This document shows, one piece after another, positions 37,819 through 48,262 of a stretch of DNA of 61,599 bases (positions are counted from its first letter, which is position 1; each line of letters starts with the position of its first letter). The stretch comes from a bacterium (GTDB lineage: Bacteria > Patescibacteriota > Patescibacteriia > UBA1558 > S5-K13). The stretch spans positions 1 to 61,599 of the forward strand of contig JAKPTO010000052.1 of assembly GCA_029555085.1 (NCBI GenBank), given 5' to 3'. A program made the position numbers and the translations under genes. The notes under the pieces are model-generated. The model saw only the letters and a program-made list of their open reading frames with translations, ran no database searches and was not told the DNA's origin.

Positions 37819-40800
37819 TTAAATTTTTCTATTTGTCCACCTAGAATTAATCTCTATTTCAATTGGTTTTATTTCTTCAATTGAATTAGTATTTGAGTCA
37901 ATATTTGAAAAACTTTCTGCTAAAATTTTTGGTTGGTCGTCTTTAAAATTTAATTTACCCTTCACAGAAACTATATTGTCTTCTACTAATATATCTAAAT
38001 ATTCTTCGCATAATTTAGGAAATACAATAACTTCTATCTGTGCAGAGGAGTCCTCAATTGTAACAAACAACATTCTTTCATTATTTTTTGTAAAAACTTT
38101 TTGAATCGAATTTATAATACCCGCAAGCTCTACAACTTGCTCTTTTTTCAATTGCCTTACTTTGGTAATTGGCTTTATCCTATCGGAAATATGTTTTTCA
38201 TATGCTTTAAATGGATGTCCTGTAATATAAAGTCCCAGCATCTGTTTTTCCCATGATAATTTTTCTCTTGAATCAACTGGCGGATATTGTTCAAGTCTTA
38301 TTTTTGGTTTTTCATAATTACTCATTCCAGAAAAAATATTAAATTGTCCATTTTCTGATTCTTTTCTTTGATTTCTATTAAACTCCAATAATTTATCTAT
38401 ATTTTTTAATAATAAATTCTGCTCTCCCAGTGCATTCATTGCGCCAGATTTTATCAAACTTTCTAATGATTTTTTATTTAAATCCTTGTCTTGAATTCTT
38501 GAAAGAAAATCCTCAATGCTTTGAAATTCGCCGTTTTGTTTTCTTTCTTTAATTATTGCTTTAACAATATTATTTCCAACATTTTTTATTGCATTTAATC
38601 CAAATCTTATTTTTTTGCGTCCCTCTTTTAACTCATCTGCTAAAACTGTAAATGTTGAAAAACTTCTATTTATATCCGGTGCTAAAACTTCTATTCCCAT
38701 ATTTTCACATTCCTTTATTTTAAATGCGACTTTCTCTATATCATTTTGATCAGCTGTAAGCAATGCCGCCATAAATTCAGCCGGATAATTTGCTTTAAAG
38801 TATGCTGTCTGAAAAGCAATCATTGCATAACAAGTTGCATGTGACTTATTGAATCCATAACTCGCAAATGGTTCAATTGTTTTCCAAATTTTTTCTGCAA
38901 CTTTCTTTGTTATACCATTTTTTATCATTCCATTTATCAATTTTTCTTTCTGTTCCTCTAATAATTCTTTTATTTTTTTTCCTACGGCCTTACGAAGCAC
39001 ATCAGCCTCAGCATAAGTAAATCCCGCGAGTTCTTTCGCAATATCCATGACCTGCTCTTGGTAAATAGCAATTCCATATGTATTCTGTAAAATTGGTTTT
39101 AATCTATAATCATCATAGACAATTTTTCTTCTTCCATGTTTACCATTTATAAAATCTGGTATAAATTGCATAGGTCCAGGACGATACAAAGACACCATAG
39201 CAATTATATCTTCAAATTCTGTTGGCTTTAATTGTTTTAAATATCTTTTCATTCCAGAGGACTCAAGTTGAAAAACTCCGGTTGTTTGTCCACGCTGTAA
39301 AAGTTCGAAAGTTTTCTTATCTGTTAAATCAATATTTTTTAAATCAAATTTAATTCCGTGAATTTTTTCTATAATTTCTATTACATTTTCTATAATTGTT
39401 AAGTTGGACAAACCCAAAAAATCCATTTTTAAAAGTCCTATATCTTCAATTGGATGAAGAGAGTATTGAGAAATTATGGTTTGATCAGAAGAAGATGCGT
39501 ATTGCAATGGAACAATATCCGTTAATGGATCTTTACTTATAACAACGCCACACGCATGCATTGAATGATGTCTTGCAACGCCTTCTAATTTTTTTGCATA
39601 ATCAATTAAAACCTTTGCCTGAGGATCGTTATTGTATGCATCTTTTAATTCGGGAGACATGATAAGAGCTTCTTTAAAACTGGCCATTTGCGGAATCATC
39701 TTTGCTATTTTATCGCAATAATTGTAACTATAACCAAGTACACGGCCAACATCTCTTATTGCAGCACGAGCAGCCAGAGTTCCAAAGGTTATAATTTGAG
39801 CAACGCGATCTTTACCATATTTATTTTCAACATACTTTATAATTTCATTTCTTCTTGTATCAGCAAAATCCATATCAATATCAGGCATTGAGATTCTATC
39901 TGGATTTAAAAATCTCTCAAAAATTAATCCATATTTCAATGGATCAATATCCGTAATATTTAACAAATATGAAACAATGCTTCCGGCTGCGCTCCCACGA
40001 CCAGGACCAACAACTATTTTATTTTTTTTTGCCCAATTTACAAAATCAGCGACTATTAAAAAATAAGAAGCAAAACCGGTTTTTTCTATAATACTAAATT
40101 CATAATCTAATTGTTGTCTAATTTTTTCAGTAACCTTCCCATTATATCTGTATTTCAAACCCTCCTCACATAATTCTCTCAAATATGAATTATCTGTTTT
40201 TCCTTCCGGCAATTCAAAGTGTGGAAGTAAAATTTTATTTAATTCTATCTCCACATTACACATATCCGCTACTTTAGAAGTATTAGAGATTGCATCTGGA
40301 TAATCTTTAAATCCTTCTGTCATTTGCTCTGGAGATCTAAAAGATAAATCGAAATCTGTCAAGCTCATTCTATCTTTATCATCAATTTTTTTCTTGCTCT
40401 GAAGACACATTAAAATATCCTGAGCTTCTTTATCTTCTGGCTTTAGGTAATGAACATCATTTGTAGCAAGTAGAGGAATGTCCAATTTTTTTGAAAACAT
40501 AGACATTGCCTCATTAACTTTTATCTGCTCTTTTTCATTTGGGTGATATTGCATTTCCAAATAAAAATTGTCCCTGCCGAATAAATTTGCATATTTTTTA
40601 ATTAATTCTTCAGCTCCTTTTGTATCTCCGGATAAAATTGTTTTAGGAATTTGCCCATTTAAGCAAGCAGTAGAGCATATTAATCCATTATGATATTTTT
40701 CTAACAACTCAAAATCTATTCTTGGCTTATAATAAAAGCCCTGTAAATGAGCGATTGAAGTTAATTTTAAAAGATTTTTATAGCCAATATTGTTTTTTGC

Positions 40801-41073
40801 AAGCAAAATCAAGTGATATGGTCTTGCATCCATGTTTGAATTCTTATCGCTTATTCTCCTCCTTGCAAGATAAAATTCACATCCTATTATTGGTTTTATA
40901 TTTTGTTTTAAGCATTCTTTATAAAACTCTATAACTCCATACATGGAACCATGATCAGTAATTGCAAGCGCGTTCATATCATAACTTTTTGCTTCAGCAA
41001 CAAAGTCTTTAATCTTTGGAAGACCGTCAAGCAAACTATAATGTGTATGATTGTGCAAATGAACAAATTTCAT
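37819..41073 (-). CDS. dnaE: DNA polymerase III alpha subunit; C-terminal domain continues in the +1 frame to 37674
   Basis: HLHNHTHYSLLDG PHP domain, GPGRGSAAGS, FERFLNPDRISMPDIDMDF, YGFNKSH, OB fold. Confidence 0.97.
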   Translation of the reverse strand: MKFVHLHNHTHYSLLDGLPKIKDFVAEAKSYDMNALAITDHGSMYGVIEFYKECLKQNIKPIIGCEFYLARRRISDKNSNMDARPYHLILLAKNNIGYKNLLKLTSIAHLQGFYYKPRIDFELLEKYHNGLICSTACLNGQIPKTILSGDTKGAEELIKKYANLFGRDNFYLEMQYHPNEKEQIKVNEAMSMFSKKLDIPLLATNDVHYLKPEDKEAQDILMCLQSKKKIDDKDRMSLTDFDLSFRSPEQMTEGFKDYPDAISNTSKVADMCNVEIELNKILLPHFELPEGKTDNSYLRELCEEGLKYRYNGKVTEKIRQQLDYEFSIIEKTGFASYFLIVADFVNWAKKNKIVVGPGRGSAAGSIVSYLLNITDIDPLKYGLIFERFLNPDRISMPDIDMDFADTRRNEIIKYVENKYGKDRVAQIITFGTLAARAAIRDVGRVLGYSYNYCDKIAKMIPQMASFKEALIMSPELKDAYNNDPQAKVLIDYAKKLEGVARHHSMHACGVVISKDPLTDIVPLQYASSSDQTIISQYSLHPIEDIGLLKMDFLGLSNLTIIENVIEIIEKIHGIKFDLKNIDLTDKKTFELLQRGQTTGVFQLESSGMKRYLKQLKPTEFEDIIAMVSLYRPGPMQFIPDFINGKHGRRKIVYDDYRLKPILQNTYGIAIYQEQVMDIAKELAGFTYAEADVLRKAVGKKIKELLEEQKEKLINGMIKNGITKKVAEKIWKTIEPFASYGFNKSHATCYAMIAFQTAYFKANYPAEFMAALLTADQNDIEKVAFKIKECENMGIEVLAPDINRSFSTFTVLADELKEGRKKIRFGLNAIKNVGNNIVKAIIKERKQNGEFQSIEDFLSRIQDKDLNKKSLESLIKSGAMNALGEQNLLLKNIDKLLEFNRNQRKESENGQFNIFSGMSNYEKPKIRLEQYPPVDSREKLSWEKQMLGLYITGHPFKAYEKHISDRIKPITKVRQLKKEQVVELAGIINSIQKVFTKNNERMLFVTIEDSSAQIEVIVFPKLCEEYLDILVEDNIVSVKGKLNFKDDQPKILAESFSNIDSNTNSIEEIKPIEIEINSRWTNRKI

Positions 41074-41155
41074 AATATTTTATAAAGCTATAAAAACAAA
41101 AATATAATTAAAAAATATTTTAATTCTAAAATTTTAATTTGAGAAATAGTAAAGA

Positions 41156-41479
41156 TTATTTTTGTTTTCTAGTTTTTGTTTTTGTATTTTGCTTTTTTGA
41201 TGATTTTTTCTTAAAAAAACCCTTATCAATATATTGTATAAGCTTATCTGTAATTACATTAAATAGCTTAAAATATGTTGCAGAACTCTTAGCCTTTTGT
41301 TTCATATCTGAAACAAAATCATTAACAGAAGTAGTTATCTTCGAAATGAAATTAATTACATCATGTGTTTTCTTAAGTGTTTTTATTAAATAAAACAACA
41401 ACCAACACAAAAACACAGCGACAAACAATGAACAAATGGATAATGTTAAATACAATATATCCAACGATGAATTTATCAT
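41156..41479 (-). CDS. Small membrane-anchored hypothetical protein
   Basis: N-terminal TM, amphipathic helix, basic tail. Confidence 0.7.
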   Translation of the reverse strand: MINSSLDILYLTLSICSLFVAVFLCWLLFYLIKTLKKTHDVINFISKITTSVNDFVSDMKQKAKSSATYFKLFNVITDKLIQYIDKGFFKKKSSKKQNTKTKTRKQK

Positions 41480-41609
41480 ATTTTTGTTTTTTAATTTTTA
41501 ATTTTGAACAAATTTATTATAGCACATTTTCAATTATTTATAAAAAAGTGTAAAATATAAGTAGTAAAAAATAAAATTTTTTAACTTTTATAACTTTATA
41601 AATAATTAT

Positions 41610-42431
41610 ATGATTATAAAAAATAAAATATCAGACAAAGAAATAGAAAGAAATCTGTGGTTCATAAACAATTTAAAAAAAATAAAAAAGGCAATAATTT
41701 TAATACTGATTATTTCGTGTCTAATAATTTATGCATTTGCCATATTTGGATTTATAAAATTTTTTACAGAAAAAGATGTTGAACTTGATAATTTTGCATC
41801 CGTAAAATTCGAAAACAAAACAAGACCTCAAAACCTTGTAGTACAAGATCAGCAAATAATAAATAGAGGCGATGGTAAATACGATGTTGTAATTACAATT
41901 CAAAATCCAAACGAAAAATTTTTTGCAAAAGAGGTAAAATACAAAATTGTAATAAGTGGTATTCAAACACAAGAAAAAACAACTTTTATAATGCCAGGGG
42001 AAACAAAAAAAATAGTAGAATTATCCATACCCTCGGCCAATCTAATAGACGATGTAGATATATCATTCATAGAAATAGCATGGTATAGAATTAAACAAAA
42101 AGATGTAGAGAAACTAAAAGAACAAGTTTTTGAAATAAAAGAACAAAGTATAAATATAAATCCAGAAGACAGATCAATAAGAAACTGGATTGAATTCAAA
42201 GTAAAAAATATATCCCCATACAATCTCAAACAATCTAAATTTTATGTATTTTTATATGTTGGCTCACAAATCGTAGCTACAAATCAAATAGAACAGACTT
42301 ATTTTAAATCAAATGAGGAAAGAAATATGCAATCTAGTTGGTATTATGTATTACCATCTTATGCTACCTTAGAAGTCCAATATGAAACAAATTTACTTGA
42401 TAAAAATAATTACTTTATAGAAACTAAATGA
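41610..42431 (+). CDS. Membrane-anchored hypothetical protein with two beta-rich domains
   Basis: TM near N-terminus; IQNPN, FIMPGETK, VKNISPY; overlaps rodA start by 4 nt. Confidence 0.75.
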   Translation: MIIKNKISDKEIERNLWFINNLKKIKKAIILILIISCLIIYAFAIFGFIKFFTEKDVELDNFASVKFENKTRPQNLVVQDQQIINRGDGKYDVVITIQNPNEKFFAKEVKYKIVISGIQTQEKTTFIMPGETKKIVELSIPSANLIDDVDISFIEIAWYRIKQKDVEKLKEQVFEIKEQSININPEDRSIRNWIEFKVKNISPYNLKQSKFYVFLYVGSQIVATNQIEQTYFKSNEERNMQSSWYYVLPSYATLEVQYETNLLDKNNYFIETK

Positions 42432-43534
42432 GATTCTCAATAAAAAATTTTTGGAGAATGGATATTCTAATGCTTGTTGCTGTATTACTGCTAACAACAA
42501 TAGGTTTAATAAGTATATACAGTGTGGGTCTAAGCGACATTAAAACGAGAATGATTTTTTTTAACAGACAAATGGTTTTTGTAATACTTGGTATTTTTAT
42601 AATGTTTATATTTGCAGCTCTAGAATATAGATTTCTAAAAGCATATTATAAAATCTTTGTAATATTTTCATCAATACTACTTTTAATAGTTCTTATAACC
42701 GGCCGCGTCATAAGAGGAACAAGCGCTTGGATTGAATTTTTTGGTATACAATTTCAACCAGTTGAACTTGCAAAAATATGTCTTGTGATTTTCATGGCTA
42801 CATATTTATCAAAAAATGCTAAAGAGTTTTATTTTTCATGGAAACCAGTAATCGTATCTGGCCTCGTTGCTTTCTTTTTAATATTTTTAGTATTAGCTCA
42901 ACCAGATATGGGATCAGCTCTCATACTTTTTGCAATTTGGTTAATAATGATTTTTTTTACAAATATTGATAAGAAAAAAATTATAATAATGGCGCTTTTG
43001 GTGTTAATTGCTTTATCTTTTGCTTGGTTTGGTTTTTTGAAAGATTATCAAAAAAATAGAATAATGACTTTTTTAAATCCATCAAGCGATCCACTTGGAT
43101 ATGGATACAATGTAACTCAGTCAATAACAGCAGTTGGTTCTGGTAAATTTCTGGGTCGTGGATTTGGTTTGGGTTCCCAAAGTCAACTAAATTTCCTACC
43201 AGAACAAAGAACTGATTTTATCTTTGCAGTAATATCAGAAGAATTTGGATTCCTGGGATCATCTATTACAATACTTTTAATAATTCTATTATTATCAAGG
43301 ATAGTAAAAATAATAAGAACCACTACTGATAATTTAGCTATTTATCTTGCGCTTGGATTTCTGATAATGTTTTTTGTTCAATCAGTTATGAATATATCTA
43401 TGAATATAGGTCTTGCGCCTATTATAGGAGTTCCTCTTCCATTTGTAAGCTACGGAGGAAGTTCAATTCTCATGTCTTTTGTGGCTATTGGAATATTACA
43501 AAGTATTGTAATTCATAAAGCAGAATATTTATAG
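42428..43534 (+). CDS. rodA: SEDS peptidoglycan glycosyltransferase RodA
   Basis: FQPVELAK, QPDMGS, DPLGYGYNVTQS, LPEQRTDFIF, PLPFVSYGGSS. Confidence 0.92.
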   Translation: MRFSIKNFWRMDILMLVAVLLLTTIGLISIYSVGLSDIKTRMIFFNRQMVFVILGIFIMFIFAALEYRFLKAYYKIFVIFSSILLLIVLITGRVIRGTSAWIEFFGIQFQPVELAKICLVIFMATYLSKNAKEFYFSWKPVIVSGLVAFFLIFLVLAQPDMGSALILFAIWLIMIFFTNIDKKKIIIMALLVLIALSFAWFGFLKDYQKNRIMTFLNPSSDPLGYGYNVTQSITAVGSGKFLGRGFGLGSQSQLNFLPEQRTDFIFAVISEEFGFLGSSITILLIILLLSRIVKIIRTTTDNLAIYLALGFLIMFFVQSVMNISMNIGLAPIIGVPLPFVSYGGSSILMSFVAIGILQSIVIHKAEYL

Positions 43535-43749
43535 AATTTTTCAATTATAAATTTTTAATTTTGAATAAATTTCAAAATTTTTTATTTTTAAAAATGAATC
43601 ATCCAACATATTAATTTATTTATGTCAATAATTGAAAAAAACATCATAAATGTTATAATTATAATATTAAAAATTAATAAAAACCTTATAAAAATCCACA
43701 AAAATTTTCATGTGGATGGTTTGATTTTATAAACTAATAATTGAAAATT

Positions 43750-45051
43750 ATGCAAAAAATTCTTGTCTCAAAAATAAAAGATTTCATAGACAAAGAAATA
43801 GCATTACAAGGTTGGGTTCTCAATTTCCGGTCTTCTGGACAAATTTACTTCATACAACTAAGAGATGGAAGTGGTTTTATTCAGTGTGTTGTTTCGAAAA
43901 ATGAGGTAAATGAGGAGACATGGAATAATTGCAATAATTTAACACTTGAATCATCAATTGAATTAAGTGGGGTTGTCACAAAACATCCCAAAAAAGATGA
44001 ATACGAAATTCAGGTCAAGGATTTAAAAATTTTACAAATTGCAGATGATTATCCAATTGCCAAAAAAGAACATGGTCCAGAGTTTCTTTTTGATAAACGC
44101 GATTTATATTTAAGAAGTAAAACTCCTTGGGCGATAATGAGAATTAGAGATTCTATATTTCGTTCAATTACAAATTATTTCGCAGAAAATGATTTTATAA
44201 GATTTGACACTCCAATACTTCAACCAACAAGCTGTGAAGATACAACAGAACTTTTTTCCATAAAATATTATGATGAAGGAAAAATGTATCTAACTCAATC
44301 AGGGCAATTGTATTTAGAAGCTGGGATTATGAGCTTTGGTCGTGCTTATGATTTCGGACCAGTTTTTCGTGCTGAAAAAAGTAAAACAAGAAATCATTTA
44401 TCTGAATTCTGGATGATGGATGCTGAAATGGCATTTTGTGATTCACAACAGAGCGAAAATATCCAAGAAGCGCTTATAAAAAGAATTTTAAAGGACGCGT
44501 TAGAGAATTGTAAAATAGAACTAGAAATTCTAGAACGCGATATAACTTTACTGCAAGAAATTGTAAAAAAACCATTCATAAGAATGAAACATTATGACGT
44601 TAAAAAATTATTAGAAGAAAAGGGGATGAAAGTTGATTATGAGGATGATTTAACAACAGAGGAAGAAACCGCAATCGGAGATATTTTCAAAATTCCCGTT
44701 TTTGTAGAGGATTATCCATTCAAAGTTAAGGCATTTTACATGAAAAAATATACCGATGAACGCGGTATGGAAAGAGCTGTAAATACTGATTTAATAGCTC
44801 CTGAAGAAGCTAGAGAAATAATTGGCGGAAGTCAAAGGGAGGAAAGTTATGAAAAATTATTAGAAGAATTAAAGAAAAGAAAATATAAATTAGAAGACTA
44901 TGAATGGTATTTGAATATCAGAAAATATGGCTCAGTTCCTCATTCAGGATTCGGAGTTGGATTAGAGCGCGTTGTAAGGTGGATTACAGGAGTTCACCAC
45001 ATCAGAGAAACAATTCCATTTCCAAGAACATTAAATAGATTTAAACCGTAA
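43750..45051 (+). CDS. asnS: Asparagine-tRNA ligase
   Basis: KEHGPEFL, YLTQSGQLYLEA, FRAEKSKT, EIIGGSQRE, PHSGFGVGLER. Confidence 0.92.
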   Translation: MQKILVSKIKDFIDKEIALQGWVLNFRSSGQIYFIQLRDGSGFIQCVVSKNEVNEETWNNCNNLTLESSIELSGVVTKHPKKDEYEIQVKDLKILQIADDYPIAKKEHGPEFLFDKRDLYLRSKTPWAIMRIRDSIFRSITNYFAENDFIRFDTPILQPTSCEDTTELFSIKYYDEGKMYLTQSGQLYLEAGIMSFGRAYDFGPVFRAEKSKTRNHLSEFWMMDAEMAFCDSQQSENIQEALIKRILKDALENCKIELEILERDITLLQEIVKKPFIRMKHYDVKKLLEEKGMKVDYEDDLTTEEETAIGDIFKIPVFVEDYPFKVKAFYMKKYTDERGMERAVNTDLIAPEEAREIIGGSQREESYEKLLEELKKRKYKLEDYEWYLNIRKYGSVPHSGFGVGLERVVRWITGVHHIRETIPFPRTLNRFKP

Positions 45052-45057
45052 AAAAAT

Positions 45058-45588
45058 ATGTGGAAGTCCTACACAATATTAATAATTGCCTTATTGTGGA
45101 TAATACCAGCTATATTTTATATTTCTAATGGGGCATGGAAAATCAGAAAAAATTTGATGAAAAAATTTGCAAGTAAATTAAATTTAAATTTTAATGAAAA
45201 TTCTAAAATTAAAAAATATTACAAAATAGAGGGGTTATATAAAAATAAAAATATTTCTATAGAAGAATCACTATACCACCTAAAAGAAAACGAGAATTTG
45301 CCCTCTTTGGATTATACAAGAGAAGGAGTTGAACTCTTTACCACTGGAAGTCCCTACAACTCAACACATAAAAGAATCGTAATTAAAGTTGATAATAAAA
45401 TAATATATAACAGAGATAAGGATGTTTTACTCCCAACAACTAATAAAACTAAAAAAATAATTGATCAATATATTGAGAGTGGAAAAATATCAAATACAAA
45501 TATTCTAAATAAAATTGGTTTATTTGTGTTAATATGCGCTTCTCTAATTCCACTTGTATACATATTCATAACTTTTATTTTAAATTAA
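45058..45588 (+). CDS. Hypothetical membrane protein
   Basis: TM segments at both termini. Confidence 0.65.
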   Translation: MWKSYTILIIALLWIIPAIFYISNGAWKIRKNLMKKFASKLNLNFNENSKIKKYYKIEGLYKNKNISIEESLYHLKENENLPSLDYTREGVELFTTGSPYNSTHKRIVIKVDNKIIYNRDKDVLLPTTNKTKKIIDQYIESGKISNTNILNKIGLFVLICASLIPLVYIFITFILN

Positions 45589-45614
45589 TATTTTAAAACT
45601 TTTAATTCTATAAA

Positions 45615-46721
45615 ATGAACGAAACAAAATTTATAAATTCAGAATCTTATTTAGAAAAACTAAATCAAGTCAAATATGATCCAGAATCTGAGGAAATTTT
45701 AACTTCAGTGCAAAATTTAGAAAAATCCATGTTCCAAGATTCGGAAATTGTAAATAATAGCGAAGAATATTTAAATAAAGACATGAGTTTAGAAAATAGT
45801 GAGTGCACATTGAACTTTAAATATGTACAATTAGAGGAGCCCTATTTAAAAGAAAAAATTTTGAACGATCTACAACCAAAATACAACATTGATATAAAAA
45901 ATCTTTACATTTTAAAAAAATTTATCATTAGCTTGAAAAATAACGAAACTAAATTAGATATTTTTACCCTACTACCTAATGATTACGAAATCATATTCAC
46001 ACCACATACAATTAATCCACCGGAAACAAAATCAAGCGGATGTTTAAATATAATTGATAATTTTATATACACTTATGGAGACCCAACTTCAAAAGCTTTT
46101 CCAATAACTCTACTTCATGAAATTGGACATATTGTAGATAAAGAAAATTTGAAAAAAAATAATGTTAAAAGCTTAATAAATGAAGACCAATATAGTGATT
46201 ATGCAGAAGAATTAAGAAGAGAAAGAACAGCAAGCGCATACGCAATAAATAAACTAAGACCATTTGTAAAAAGTAAATTTATAGACAAAAAAGATCTTTT
46301 AAATTATTTAAAAAATGATTCTCTAGGAAGTCATTGTTCTGTTATAGAGTTTAATATAGCAAGGTTGGAATTAAGAAAAGAAACTGGCGAGCTTATAAAT
46401 AAGTACATAACATCGTTAGAATACTATGAAACTATAATAAATGAATACGCAATGTTAATAGAAGAACATCAAAAATTAAATAACGATCTTATACAAATTC
46501 AAATTGATAAAGAAATAGCAGACGAAGAATTACAATCACTACTATATAAAAATGAAATAGAAAAACATGAAAAAAGGATAAAAGAATATAAAAACGAAAT
46601 AGAGGAATATAAAAAGCATATAGAAGAATGTGAGGAAGAGATAGAAGAATATGAAAACGAAATAGAATATTCGCTTAATATGATAAAAGAGAGTGATGAA
46701 ATAGCAGAATATAATTCATAA
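45615..46721 (+). CDS. Putative zincin metallopeptidase with acidic coiled-coil tail
   Basis: LLHEIGH followed by ERTASAYA; E/K/I/Y heptad repeats at the C-terminus. Confidence 0.65.
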   Translation: MNETKFINSESYLEKLNQVKYDPESEEILTSVQNLEKSMFQDSEIVNNSEEYLNKDMSLENSECTLNFKYVQLEEPYLKEKILNDLQPKYNIDIKNLYILKKFIISLKNNETKLDIFTLLPNDYEIIFTPHTINPPETKSSGCLNIIDNFIYTYGDPTSKAFPITLLHEIGHIVDKENLKKNNVKSLINEDQYSDYAEELRRERTASAYAINKLRPFVKSKFIDKKDLLNYLKNDSLGSHCSVIEFNIARLELRKETGELINKYITSLEYYETIINEYAMLIEEHQKLNNDLIQIQIDKEIADEELQSLLYKNEIEKHEKRIKEYKNEIEEYKKHIEECEEEIEEYENEIEYSLNMIKESDEIAEYNS

Positions 46722-46816
46722 TCATTAATAAATATGAAAACTCTTATCAATAAAAAAATAAAAAAATGATAGAAGTGTTTTGGAATCCTATAATTAATTT
46801 TTTTAAATAAATTTCT

Positions 46817-48235
46817 ATGAAAACCTATATTAACGAAACAATAAAAAAACAAATCGGTGAACAAATTACTGTTTGTGGTTGGATAAATAAACTCAGAAAA
46901 ATGGGAAAACTTGTTTTCTTTGATTTAAGAGATTCTACTGGACTTTTACAAATAATTTGTGTACCAAGTGAAATGACAAATGGTGAAATTTTAAAAGATT
47001 TAGGACATGAATATGTTGTTGAAATAACTGGAATTATTCAAAACAGAGGAGAAAAACAAATTAATAAAGAAATGCTTACTGGAGAAATTGAACTTTTAGC
47101 AAAAGATGTAAAAATAATTTCCAGATCAAATGTCCCACCATTTGAAATTGACAATGAAGAAAGACAAGCCGGAGAGGAATTAAGATTAAAATACAGATAC
47201 TTGGATTTACGACACGAGAGAATGATGAAAAATATTCATTTTAGACACAAAGTTATTCATTTTTTCAGAAACTTTTTAACTGATAATGGTTTTACGGAAG
47301 TGCAAACCCCTATTCTTACAAAATCAACTCCAGAAGGAGCAAGAGATTATATTGTGCCATCTCGTTTACACAAAGGAAAATTTTTTGCGCTCCCACAAGC
47401 GCCACAACAATACAAACAACTACTCATGATTGCAGGATTGGAACGATATTTTCAAATTGCTCCATGCTTCCGCGATGAAGATGCAAGAGCTGATAGATCG
47501 CCGGGAGAGTTTTATCAACTTGATATGGAGATGTCTTTTATGAATCAATCTGAAATTTTGGACTTAGTTGAAGAAATGATGACAAAAATGGTAAAAAAAT
47601 TATTTCCAGAAAAACATTTTACATTTTCTCCATGGCCAAAATTAAATTACAAAGATGTAATGGAAAAATACAAAACAGACAAACCGGATTTAAGAAAAGA
47701 TAAAAATGATAAAAATGAATTAGCTTTTGCCTGGGTAATAAATTTTCCATTGTTTGTAGAGCAAAGCCAAGAAGATTTTTTTCACGGCTCTGGAAATGCA
47801 AAATGGGCGCCATCGCACAATATGTTCACAGCGCCACAAGAAGAAGATTTGGAATTATTAGATAAGGAACCAGGAAAAGTAAAATCATATCAACATGATA
47901 TGGTTTTAAATGGATTTGAAGTGGGTGGTGGAGCAATAAGAATTCATGATGTAAAATTACAGGAAAAAATTTGGGATTTAATTGGTTTTACGGATAAACA
48001 AAAAGCACAATTTAAACATTATTTTGAAGCATTTAAGTATGGGGTGCCACCTCACGGAGGAATTGCTCCAGGAATTGATAGATTGCTTATGGTTTTATTA
48101 AATGAAAAAAATCTAAAAGAAGTCACAGCATTTCCATTAACATCAGACGGAAGAGATCCAATGATGGAATCTCCTGCTGAAGTTTCAAAAGAGCAATTAG
48201 ATGAATTAGGATTAGAAATAAAAGAAAAAAAATAA
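46817..48235 (+). CDS. aspS: Aspartate-tRNA ligase, bacterial type, short form
   Basis: RLKYRYLDLR, TPEGARDY, ALPQAPQQYKQLLM, CFRDED, PPHGGIAPGIDR. Confidence 0.95.
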   Translation: MKTYINETIKKQIGEQITVCGWINKLRKMGKLVFFDLRDSTGLLQIICVPSEMTNGEILKDLGHEYVVEITGIIQNRGEKQINKEMLTGEIELLAKDVKIISRSNVPPFEIDNEERQAGEELRLKYRYLDLRHERMMKNIHFRHKVIHFFRNFLTDNGFTEVQTPILTKSTPEGARDYIVPSRLHKGKFFALPQAPQQYKQLLMIAGLERYFQIAPCFRDEDARADRSPGEFYQLDMEMSFMNQSEILDLVEEMMTKMVKKLFPEKHFTFSPWPKLNYKDVMEKYKTDKPDLRKDKNDKNELAFAWVINFPLFVEQSQEDFFHGSGNAKWAPSHNMFTAPQEEDLELLDKEPGKVKSYQHDMVLNGFEVGGGAIRIHDVKLQEKIWDLIGFTDKQKAQFKHYFEAFKYGVPPHGGIAPGIDRLLMVLLNEKNLKEVTAFPLTSDGRDPMMESPAEVSKEQLDELGLEIKEKK

Positions 48236-48262
48236 ATATAATATATGACTAACTAATAAAAT

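Noticed and set aside
43685-43732. T-box upstream of asnS
   Set aside because: Only an ATCCACA/TGTGGAT hairpin; no TGGNACC bulge or antiterminator
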